A stretch of 64,000 nucleotides of DNA from Fidelibacterota bacterium (GTDB lineage: Bacteria > Fidelibacterota > SORT01), in the NCBI GenBank assembly GCA_022571215.1, contig JACZYG010000009.1, forward strand, positions 18,663 to 82,662, written 5' to 3'. Shown here piece after piece: positions 30,948 to 38,942 of the stretch (positions within the stretch are counted from its first letter, which is position 1; every line of letters starts with the position of its first letter). The translations under genes and the position numbers were made by a program. The notes under the pieces were generated by a model that had not been told where the DNA came from, made no database searches, and saw only the letters and a list, made by a program, of their open reading frames with translations.

Positions 30948-32225
30948 CTAATTCATCTCCATAACTTGATCCTTTTTCTCCCTCGCTCGAAGTCTCTTAA
31001 GAACAGCTTCCCTGAGACTGCTCTCAGAATCTAACATAAACTGACCCGAGGTAACGACTTGTTCGCCACCCTTCAACCCGCTAATGACCTCATAATAACC
31101 CCCCTCCCCTTGAGCACCAAGAGTAATTTCCCTTGGTTCGTATTTACCCTTTCCGACCTTAACAAATACTATTTCTCTCTCCCCTGAATGAATAACGCTT
31201 TCCCTTGGCACTACTACGGTTTTTTCCCGCTTAGCAGTTTTGATTAAAATATTGGCGTACATTCCCGGTTTAAGTTTCTCGTCGTAGTTATCGAATTCAA
31301 GCCTGACCTTTATCGTCCTTGTCTTTGAATCAAGAAATGGGTAAACATACGCTACGCTTCCCTTGAATACTTTTCCGGGTATGTAAGAGAGCGTCATCTC
31401 CGCTTCCAACCCATCCTCGAGCCAGGGCAATTCGTACTCGTAGATGTCGGCATAAACCCAAACTTTCATGAGGTCCGCAATAGCATAGAGATTCATACCT
31501 TCGGTTACATTCATTCCTTCGGTTGCCATCTTTTCTACAACTATTCCGTTGAATGGAGAGTAAATGGTCATCACCTTATTCACTTTGCCTGTTCGTTCAA
31601 GTTCCGCTATCTGCTCAGGAGTTACATCCCAGTTTGACAGACGTTCTCTTGTGGAACGCAGTAACGCCGCTGCGCCTGTGTTATTTGATTTCTTGTTAGC
31701 TAGAGCGGTCAAATATTCCTCTTGTGTCGATACCAATTCAGGACTGTATATATCAAGAAGCGGTTGACCTTTGTATACTTTTTGACCCGTATAATCGATA
31801 TATAATGATTCAATCCACCCCTTGACCTTAGTGTGAATATGAGTAAAACGAGTTTCGTCATAGTCAACCAATCCTAAAGTCCGTATTTCCTTGCCTAAGC
31901 TTCTGATTTCCACCGGAGTCGTGAGTATCCCCATATTCTGTACAACCGTAGGATCGATGACAATTACAGATTCATTGTCTCCCGTTCCATCTTCGTAAAC
32001 CGGTACGAGGTCCATTCCCATGGGAGATTTTCCCGGTTTATCACTGATATAGTTCGGATCCATTGGAGCGACCCAGTATTTAATTTTTCGCTCCTGTTCC
32101 TCATTTTGTGCGGTTACCGAATCAGCGCTTTCATGCGCGCCGTTCTGCATGTATAATCTGCTGAGACCATATCCTCCCAATAAAACAACCAAACCAATTA
32201 TCGTATATATCGTTTTCTTTGTCAT
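30948..32225 (-). CDS. Efflux membrane-fusion protein, CusB/CzcB-like (HlyD family)
   Basis: 425 aa; the N-terminal YWVAPMDPNYISDKPGKSPMGMDLVPV is a degenerate CusB metal-binding head; MFP beta-barrel and lipoyl-like core. Confidence 0.85.
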   Translation of the reverse strand: MTKKTIYTIIGLVVLLGGYGLSRLYMQNGAHESADSVTAQNEEQERKIKYWVAPMDPNYISDKPGKSPMGMDLVPVYEDGTGDNESVIVIDPTVVQNMGILTTPVEIRSLGKEIRTLGLVDYDETRFTHIHTKVKGWIESLYIDYTGQKVYKGQPLLDIYSPELVSTQEEYLTALANKKSNNTGAAALLRSTRERLSNWDVTPEQIAELERTGKVNKVMTIYSPFNGIVVEKMATEGMNVTEGMNLYAIADLMKVWVYADIYEYELPWLEDGLEAEMTLSYIPGKVFKGSVAYVYPFLDSKTRTIKVRLEFDNYDEKLKPGMYANILIKTAKREKTVVVPRESVIHSGEREIVFVKVGKGKYEPREITLGAQGEGGYYEVISGLKGGEQVVTSGQFMLDSESSLREAVLKRLRAREKKDQVMEMN

Positions 32226-32247
32226 TTTTCTACCTCTAAATCTTTCG

Positions 32248-32604
32248 TTATGCTTCTTTTTTAACCAATTTCATACCGCAGACCGGACAATCGCCGGGTC
32301 TTGCCTCTAACACATCTGGATGCATGGGACAATAGAACTTGCCGTCGCCATCATCTGTGTGCTCTCCCGCCTCCACAAATATCAAATCCATATTACACAA
32401 AGGGCAAAGTCCCGCTACACTTTCTCTAACGTCTTCATGCATCGGACAGCTGTAGTATCCTTCAGCCATTTCAGCAGCGTGAATATGTTTTTCACTTTCC
32501 TCTGTCAATCTGTTCTCATCAGTTACCGGTTGAAAGAACATTCCTATCGCCAATACCGTGCTAATTATCACTAATACTATTATTATCAATATTTTTCTTT
32601 CCAC
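32248..32604 (-). CDS. Periplasmic heavy-metal-binding domain protein (two HMBD/YHS-like repeats)
   Basis: 118 aa; TM/signal; YSCPMHEDVRESVAGLCPLCNMDL and YCPMHPDVLEARPGDCPVCGMKL. Confidence 0.65.
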   Translation of the reverse strand: MERKILIIIVLVIISTVLAIGMFFQPVTDENRLTEESEKHIHAAEMAEGYYSCPMHEDVRESVAGLCPLCNMDLIFVEAGEHTDDGDGKFYCPMHPDVLEARPGDCPVCGMKLVKKEA

Positions 32605-32616
32605 GATGTTTTCCTC

Positions 32617-33903
32617 TTAATTGAGCTTCATGCCCACTGTCGCTTCTAATCTTGCAATTGATTTTTCGTAATCCGATAAAATTCTAAAATAATTTATCTG
32701 ATGCTCGAACAGCGTAACCTGATTGTTCAATAAGGTAATGAAGTCAACCTTATCAACCTGATAACCGGAGAGCGCGGAGTTTAAACTCTGTCTCGCTTGC
32801 GGTAACAATCTCTCTGTATATAACACTATCAGCTCGTTACCCTTATAGATGTCGGAGTAATTTATCTCAATATCTCTCCTGACATTATTCAACGCGTTCT
32901 TATAGGATTCCTCGAAGATACGGACAGAAGCCTCAGATTCCTCGACCTTGCTCGATTGCCTGTTACCCGGTTTTATCGGCAGACTGAACCCGACGTTCAC
33001 CGATAAAAAATCCGCTCCGCCCATAGCCCCTCCGGTAAGCTCATCCCTTTGAGTGTAGGCGACTCCCACGGCTAAGTCAGGCAAGACAAGCTTACGGGAA
33101 TACTTCGCCATTTTCTTCTTACTCTTGATACGATGCTTGATCGCCCTTAATAGCGGTCTTGATTCTTCCACTAATTCCATCAGTTCGCTTTCCGATAAAA
33201 TATTTTCAGTTTTAGACAGCGTGCCGGGAATTATCAGTGGAGTTTGAGGATCTCTGTTCATCAGCGTATTTATTCGCGCAACTATCTTCTTCCTATCAAA
33301 ATCCAAATTTATTAACTTCTCTTCGAACTTTGATAAGGAAACTTGAGCCTTCAACACATCTTGTTGAATTCCTCTGCCCACTGAATATCTCGTTTCAGCT
33401 ATTTCAACAAAGCTTTTCAGAAGTCCAATATTTTCCTTATTGATCCTTATTGATTGATCCGTAAAATACAGGTTGAAGTAATCCTCCGAAACGCTGCGAA
33501 CCAACATTCCCTCCAGCTCTAACTTGTCTTCTTTCGCTGCCATCAGCTCGTATGAAGCGGCATCAGCTTTTACTCCAAGTTTTCCCGGAAAAGGTATTTT
33601 CTGCATGAGCGACAGCTGCTTCCCTGTCATCGGTTCCTGATCGAACACCCGTGACTCTATTGGAACGTTTATTATTCCGAACCTTAAAATAGGATCCATC
33701 CATGATCCTGCCTGTTTAAGTCTTTCATCCGCTCTTTTTACCTTCCAGTTAAATACATTGAGACCCGGATTGTACTTAATAACGGCTTCTATCGCTTCAT
33801 CAAGAGAGAGAGTTTCGGTGGAATCATTTGGCGCTCCGTTAACAGCTGCCGCCAACGTAAATCCCAATATCGTAGTTGTTATTATTCTTGTTGTTCGTTT
33901 CAA
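32617..33903 (-). CDS. TolC-family outer-membrane efflux protein (CusC/CzcC-like)
   Basis: 428 aa; signal peptide; two OEP repeats; leads the MFP operon. Confidence 0.85.
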   Translation of the reverse strand: MKRTTRIITTTILGFTLAAAVNGAPNDSTETLSLDEAIEAVIKYNPGLNVFNWKVKRADERLKQAGSWMDPILRFGIINVPIESRVFDQEPMTGKQLSLMQKIPFPGKLGVKADAASYELMAAKEDKLELEGMLVRSVSEDYFNLYFTDQSIRINKENIGLLKSFVEIAETRYSVGRGIQQDVLKAQVSLSKFEEKLINLDFDRKKIVARINTLMNRDPQTPLIIPGTLSKTENILSESELMELVEESRPLLRAIKHRIKSKKKMAKYSRKLVLPDLAVGVAYTQRDELTGGAMGGADFLSVNVGFSLPIKPGNRQSSKVEESEASVRIFEESYKNALNNVRRDIEINYSDIYKGNELIVLYTERLLPQARQSLNSALSGYQVDKVDFITLLNNQVTLFEHQINYFRILSDYEKSIARLEATVGMKLN

Positions 33904-34000
33904 TTATTAACTCCATTCATTATTAATTCCGTGATAAATAAGCCGAGGACGCTATGATACCGAAAAATTGGAATCAGGCTATTTGACGCGCGAATTTTTT

Positions 34001-34456
34001 TCAGGACAAAGAGACTGAATCAAGAAGATATATGGCTGTTTCTTTATATTTCAAATCTGTTGAAGAATAATAAAAAAAGGAGCCATATTGAGACGGTAGC
34101 GCTGATGTAAACATATGATATAAAGTATTTGAACTTAGATCCTTAGAAGCCGATGACCTTTTAAGCTGAGTCTTAACCGCAGGAAGCTCGACAACTATAT
34201 TAGCCGAAACTGGACAGACTCGGCTTAAACTCATTGAAACATCTATCAAATCGCTGTGGCAACAGCTCTTAGCTTCTTTTTGCGCGTGATTGTGCATCTT
34301 GCACATGTCACCGCATATCCCCGCAGAAAAAGCTGAACTGAACTGTATTAAAACGAGGAGAACAACAAGGATTATTCCCGTACTCACCCGCGTTATATTA
34401 TCTTTTTTTTGCATCATTTCCCCGCACGAATATACTGATTTTTTGAGGTCTTGCAA
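34001..34456 (-). CDS. Small Cys/His-rich membrane-anchored protein, hypothetical
   Basis: 151 aa; probable start at the internal MMQKK; hydrophobic anchor, then CGDMCKMHNHAQKEAKSCCH. Confidence 0.35.
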   Translation of the reverse strand: MQDLKKSVYSCGEMMQKKDNITRVSTGIILVVLLVLIQFSSAFSAGICGDMCKMHNHAQKEAKSCCHSDLIDVSMSLSRVCPVSANIVVELPAVKTQLKRSSASKDLSSNTLYHMFTSALPSQYGSFFYYSSTDLKYKETAIYLLDSVSLS

Positions 34457-34558
34457 GCTTTTTCAGCGAAACGGTGTGATAGAGCCGGCTGAAAAGACCT
34501 TCATAAATCGTAACATTTTATTTCAGTTAGCGCGTATATTTGTCTGACAGTTTTAGAT

Positions 34559-34996
34559 ATGAAATTAAATATTTTAAATGCGACTCAAGACGATATTCCC
34601 GCTATAACTAAACTGCTAAAGAAAGCAAACCTTCCTCCCGATGACCTTGAAAGGTGGATAGATAATTTTTTCGTTTTGACCATTGAAGGAAAAATAGAAG
34701 GTTGTATAGGACTCGAACATTGGGAAAATACAGGTCTTCTCAGATCGTTTGCGGTGTCAGAGGATTACCGTTCAAAGGGGCATGGGCTTAAACTCTATGC
34801 TGAATTAATAGCTGCTGCAAAAGAGTTGAATTTGAATTCTATGCTGCTACTTGCTAAGGGAGCATCGGGTTTCTTCGAGAAGAACGGCTTTAAGTTCATA
34901 GATAGAAACGAAGCTCCGGAAAGTGTTAAGAACTCTATTCAATTTAAACTTGATGAATGCAGAAAATACGACGTCATGAAACTGGATATTAACTGA
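34559..34996 (+). CDS. GNAT-family N-acetyltransferase
   Basis: 145 aa; acetyl-CoA-binding motif (RSFAVSEDYRSKGHGLKLYAELI). Confidence 0.8.
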   Translation: MKLNILNATQDDIPAITKLLKKANLPPDDLERWIDNFFVLTIEGKIEGCIGLEHWENTGLLRSFAVSEDYRSKGHGLKLYAELIAAAKELNLNSMLLLAKGASGFFEKNGFKFIDRNEAPESVKNSIQFKLDECRKYDVMKLDIN

Positions 34997-35024
34997 TGCC
35001 CTGTATATGTGGCGGTCAGGGCTT

Positions 35025-35145
35025 GCTCTGAAGCCTGTATAACTGAAACCCTCTCTTACTCTTCAAAGTAATACATAAAATCCGTCAATGCGTTCAGCTC
35101 TTTCTTGGGCAGCCAGTCAAATTTCGGCATTATACTGTTCGGCTC
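35025..35145. repeat. Direct repeat, left copy (121 bp; remnant of the 3' end of the cytochrome b/c gene)
   Basis: About 93% identical to 36610..36730. On the minus strand it encodes EPNSIMPKFDWLPKKELNALTDFMYYFEE*, identical to the C-terminus of the 36641..38281 gene, with one synonymous difference. Confidence 0.85.
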
Positions 35146-35339
35146 TCAGAAGCGGATATTTATAAAAAAAATAAGCGATTTCGTTATCGACTGCGTTTTC
35201 TGTTAAGGCTATTTCACTAAATATCAAAAAATGATTACTTAAGAGTATCATTAATATTTTTAAAAGTGTTCGGTGAACATGAGATATAGGTTTATATTAT
35301 TTAAGAACTGGCTGAATCCTGAAATTAGGAGAATAAAAC

Positions 35340-36494
35340 ATGTATAGAGTATTTGTGCTTGGTGCTGGATTTTCACATCAGGCGGGATTGCCCCTTGGTA
35401 ACGAATTATTTGTTCGCATAATCCAAGAATCGAAAAAAGGTGTGCTATATGAAAACATACTTAAAGCAGACATAGAAGATTATATTGACTACATAAAGGC
35501 TACTTCTGGCAAACAAATTATAGAAAGTGAAATTGACTTAGAAAAATTCGCCTCATTTTTAGATATCCAACATCTACTATATCTAAGGGGATCAGATACT
35601 TGGTCATCTGAAGGCAATCGTTCTCAAATTGTAATTAGGAATCTCATAGGTTTAATACTAAACAATAAGATAGAAAATATGAATGATTCTGAAATGAGTT
35701 TATACAATAAATTTGCCTCAAAGCTCGATACGAAAGATTTTGTTATTACATTTAATTACGATACAATTTTAGAAAAGGCATTGGAGGCAATAAATAAGCC
35801 TTACAGACTTTTTCCTCAACGGTTTAGTGCCATTCATTCAACATGGGGTGAAGTTGACACAACCCATGAAGAAGTAGTGATATTGAAATTACACGGCTCA
35901 ATTGATTGGTTTGACATTACAGCATTCAATCGAGAAATAAGTCACATTCATTCAGAAAAAAATTATCAGAAACCTCATCATATAATATTTAGCAATCTGG
36001 ATAAATTTTACCCTGATAAAATAATTGATGAACCATATTTTCAAGATTCAAAATTACAGAATATATATAAGATAAAGAATTTGGATAGATATTACTCAAC
36101 GGCAACATTGGTTGAAGAGGTCCCATTAATTGTTTCACCTTCTTATGTTAAAATATCGTATTTAAATCCGCTTGAAGAATTATGGGGTGCGTTTCATGGA
36201 AGTGGAATGTTAAATTCTGGAATCGCTATAATAGGTTTTTCTATTCCTGAACATGATGAGTATATTAAGCAACCATTGTACTCTATGATCACCGATTTCC
36301 TAAACTCAGATACAAAGAAGATTTTTAGTCGGTTCGGAATAAAAAAATTGCCATTGAAATTTGTCGATTATAGAAAAGAAGAAAAAGATCAGAAAGAATA
36401 TCAAAAGATATTCCAATTTATAGACTGGGAAAAGACCGATCCGTTTTATGGTGGCTTCAATGATGAAGCAATTGATTATTTATTTGATAAATAA
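35340..36494 (+). CDS. Standalone SIR2_2-family protein (ThsA-like NADase fold); putative anti-phage defense effector
   Basis: 384 aa; VFVLGAGFSHQAGLPLGNEL (Rossmann GAGxS), ITFNYDTILEKAL (TNYD), ILKLHGSIDW (LHGS catalytic His), IAIIGFSIPEHDEYI (GxS..D). Strong RBS aggagaataaaacATG. The gene is about 32% GC in a ~45% GC context. Confidence 0.75.
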   Translation: MYRVFVLGAGFSHQAGLPLGNELFVRIIQESKKGVLYENILKADIEDYIDYIKATSGKQIIESEIDLEKFASFLDIQHLLYLRGSDTWSSEGNRSQIVIRNLIGLILNNKIENMNDSEMSLYNKFASKLDTKDFVITFNYDTILEKALEAINKPYRLFPQRFSAIHSTWGEVDTTHEEVVILKLHGSIDWFDITAFNREISHIHSEKNYQKPHHIIFSNLDKFYPDKIIDEPYFQDSKLQNIYKIKNLDRYYSTATLVEEVPLIVSPSYVKISYLNPLEELWGAFHGSGMLNSGIAIIGFSIPEHDEYIKQPLYSMITDFLNSDTKKIFSRFGIKKLPLKFVDYRKEEKDQKEYQKIFQFIDWEKTDPFYGGFNDEAIDYLFDK

Positions 36495-36609
36495 TAAAAT
36501 AAGAGGTCATCACATTTTAGAGGATGGGTCAGGATTAATTGATGCTCATGGCGAAGATGTCAATATAATTGATCTTCCTGACATTAAATTGTTAAGCGAG
36601 AGATTTAAA

Positions 36610-36730
36610 GCTCTGAAGCCTGTATGACTGAAACTCTGTATTACTCTTCAAAGTAATACATAAAATCCGTCAATGCGTTTAGCTCTTTCTTGGGCAGCCA
36701 GTCAAATTTCGGCATTATACTGTTCGGCTC
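36610..36730. repeat. Direct repeat, right copy (121 bp; functional 3' end of the cytochrome b/c gene plus 31 bp downstream)
   Basis: See the left copy; this copy is contiguous with the intact gene. Confidence 0.85.
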
Positions 36731-38281
36731 GTACTTTTGTGGATCCAAAAAGTGGTCATAGATGTAATCCCTGTCATGCTTAAGCGTGACTCCCGCAAGA
36801 TTCGGGCCGAACCCCGGTTCAGGATCGTCTATCTTATGACAAGCCCCGCATTTGTATGAAGAGAATAAATTCGCTGAATAAAGTATATCTTCCGTCACGG
36901 TCAATAGTTTATCCCTTTGTGGAGTGCTAAGCCGAAAATAGAATGATTTCAAATCTATAATTTGATCGAGCTTTAAACTTGCCTGCTCGACATTTCTTTC
37001 AGGCTGCGCAAGCGAGGGATTGGAAAAATGTTCTTTTAACCAAATAATGCTCTTTTCTCCGCTCGTCTGTAGAAGATCATTTGCTCCCTCACCGTGATTG
37101 CCGCCTATGTTGTGACAATTCATACATGATTCGTTTTGATATAGGTATCTTCCGGACAGCTCTGCGGGTTGTAGTCTGGATGGTTCTTCTTCCTCTGCCG
37201 TCTCAACGACAGCGGTCAATTTTCCTGAACTGTCGTCTGCCGCGCCCATAACGGTAAGACCGCCAACCGTCATCAAACCTATTGCCATTAAGGTTAGTGC
37301 TAATTTTCTGTCTTTAAGTTTTCTGGATCGGTTTCTATCATAAAATGGTAAGAGCAGCAATGCCAAAACTCCTATTGTGGGTATTATTATTGTTCCAATC
37401 AGTTCGAGATTTCCCGGGAATAACTTTTGAAGTTGATACATTGAAAGAAAATACCATTCCGGTTTTGGAACATAAGATGTATCGGTCGGGTCTGCCAATT
37501 TTTCAAGCGGCGCGCCGAACAACATGGCAAAACCGGAAAGTATCAGAAAAATCAGCAAGATGGCTACTCCGTCTTTGAAGAGCTGATCAGGCCAGAAGCG
37601 GGAATCGAACTTGACTTCCTCATCCGGAGATTTGAATGGTGGAGTGATTCCTTGTCTCTTCTGTAAAAACACATGTATAGCTACCGCTCCAATCGTAATA
37701 AGAGGGAGGACGATAACGTGCAGCGAATAAAAATGAGTGAGAGTCACGGAGCCGATGACATCTCCACCCTGCAGTATTTTTTGGATTATATCACCCAGGA
37801 ACGGAGCGGTTCCGGCAATATTGAGCGTTACGACGGTCGCCCAATATGCTTTTTGATCCCATGGAAGCAGATAACCCGTAAGCCCGAATGCCAAAACGAG
37901 ATTAAACAATATTACTCCGAAAACCCAGGTCAACTCACGGGGATATTTGTACGCGGAATATATAAATGTTCTCAGCAAGTGTATCACCGTAAAAACCACA
38001 AAAAAACTTGAACCCCAATGGTGCAGTCCCCGAATGAAACTCCCTAAAAACAGTTCATTCTGAACGTAACTAACGCTCAAATGCGCTGCTTCGGGTGTCG
38101 GCGCATAGAACATGGAAAGGAAAATACCGGTCGCAGCCTGTAATACGAAAAGAAAGAGAGAGATGCTTCCGAACACATGTGTCCAGCCTACGCCTTCGGG
38201 CAGAGGCTCGTCAAGAAGCTCTTTGAATCCCTCCCTGAGGTGAAGTCTTTCATCAAGCCAATTTATGACGGAATTGAACAC
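36641..38281 (-). CDS. Cytochrome b (bc-complex type) fused to a C-terminal diheme cytochrome c domain
   Basis: 546 aa; N-terminal cytochrome b/b6 helices with His ligands (RGLHHWGSSFFVV, THFYSLHVIVLP), a subunit-IV-like region, then two CxxCH motifs (CMNCH, CGACH). Confidence 0.85.
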   Translation of the reverse strand: MFNSVINWLDERLHLREGFKELLDEPLPEGVGWTHVFGSISLFLFVLQAATGIFLSMFYAPTPEAAHLSVSYVQNELFLGSFIRGLHHWGSSFFVVFTVIHLLRTFIYSAYKYPRELTWVFGVILFNLVLAFGLTGYLLPWDQKAYWATVVTLNIAGTAPFLGDIIQKILQGGDVIGSVTLTHFYSLHVIVLPLITIGAVAIHVFLQKRQGITPPFKSPDEEVKFDSRFWPDQLFKDGVAILLIFLILSGFAMLFGAPLEKLADPTDTSYVPKPEWYFLSMYQLQKLFPGNLELIGTIIIPTIGVLALLLLPFYDRNRSRKLKDRKLALTLMAIGLMTVGGLTVMGAADDSSGKLTAVVETAEEEEPSRLQPAELSGRYLYQNESCMNCHNIGGNHGEGANDLLQTSGEKSIIWLKEHFSNPSLAQPERNVEQASLKLDQIIDLKSFYFRLSTPQRDKLLTVTEDILYSANLFSSYKCGACHKIDDPEPGFGPNLAGVTLKHDRDYIYDHFLDPQKYEPNSIMPKFDWLPKKELNALTDFMYYFEE

Positions 38282-38782
38282 CTATGCGACACCCGAGCTT
38301 CTGTCTACGGGTTCGCCTATAAGTAATTTTCCCGCTTCAAATTTAATTTCATGCCTTTTCAAAGGTTTTGGCGGCGGACCGCCAATTACATTTCCTTCTT
38401 TGTCATAAAGGCCGCCATGACAGGGGCATGCAAAACTTTCTCTCTCTTCGTCGAACGAAACGGTACATCCGAGATGCGTGCAGATAGGTGATAGCGCTAT
38501 AAGCTCTCCCTTTGACCTGTAAACCCACGCGGTAGATGAGACTGTTCTCTTATTCCACCCATCTTTTATCTCTTTATTATAATTAACTCCCAAAGGATTT
38601 TCGTTATTGAAATCTTCTACCGCTCCGATCTCTATCCACATGTTTTTGGATTTAATAAAGGCAGGTGAGACAAAGAATGAAACAAGCGGTATGCCCGCCA
38701 TAAAAGTAATAAGACCATAGATACCGGCGGTTACCTTTTTAAGGAACCCTCTTCTTGAAAAATCGCTTTTAACTTTATTCAT
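38282..38782 (-). CDS. Rieske [2Fe-2S] iron-sulfur protein
   Basis: 166 aa; twin-arginine-like N-terminus (SRRGFLK); CTHLGC...CPCHG boxes. Confidence 0.9.
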   Translation of the reverse strand: MNKVKSDFSRRGFLKKVTAGIYGLITFMAGIPLVSFFVSPAFIKSKNMWIEIGAVEDFNNENPLGVNYNKEIKDGWNKRTVSSTAWVYRSKGELIALSPICTHLGCTVSFDEERESFACPCHGGLYDKEGNVIGGPPPKPLKRHEIKFEAGKLLIGEPVDRSSGVA

Positions 38783-38942
38783 CGTCTAACGTCTCATTCT
38801 TTCTATCCATAAAAACTTTCGCGCTTAATAGTAACGTGATGATTTAACACATTCGATCAGTAATAAATGTAATATGGTTTACAAGATACGAATTTATTGC
38901 CTTGTATAACAAATAACCCGGGCGCTTTCAAATGTTACTTAG

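Larger units (their letters stand above)
35025..36730. mobile_element. Putative integrated single-gene islet (DR - AT-rich cargo - DR); no integrase present
   Basis: Flanking 121-bp direct repeats duplicate the target gene's 3' end (attL/attR-like). There is a sharp GC drop between the repeats and the cargo is a single SIR2-like gene. Confidence 0.4.

Noticed and set aside
36495-36609. Start-less plus-strand reading frame (…ILEDGSGLIDAHGEDVNIIDLPDIKLLSERFKALKPV*) between the SIR2 gene and the right repeat, considered as a second small gene of the islet
   Set aside because: It has no ATG/GTG/TTG start with an RBS in frame and only about 46 codons. It is more likely a decayed remnant than a functional partner gene, and is mentioned under the repeat finding.
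35025-36730. Repeated 121-bp sequence considered as a possible CRISPR or other array
   Set aside because: There are only two copies, separated by about 1.5 kb of coding sequence. Each copy is a piece of a protein-coding gene's 3' end. It is a target-site duplication or att-like repeat, not a CRISPR array.
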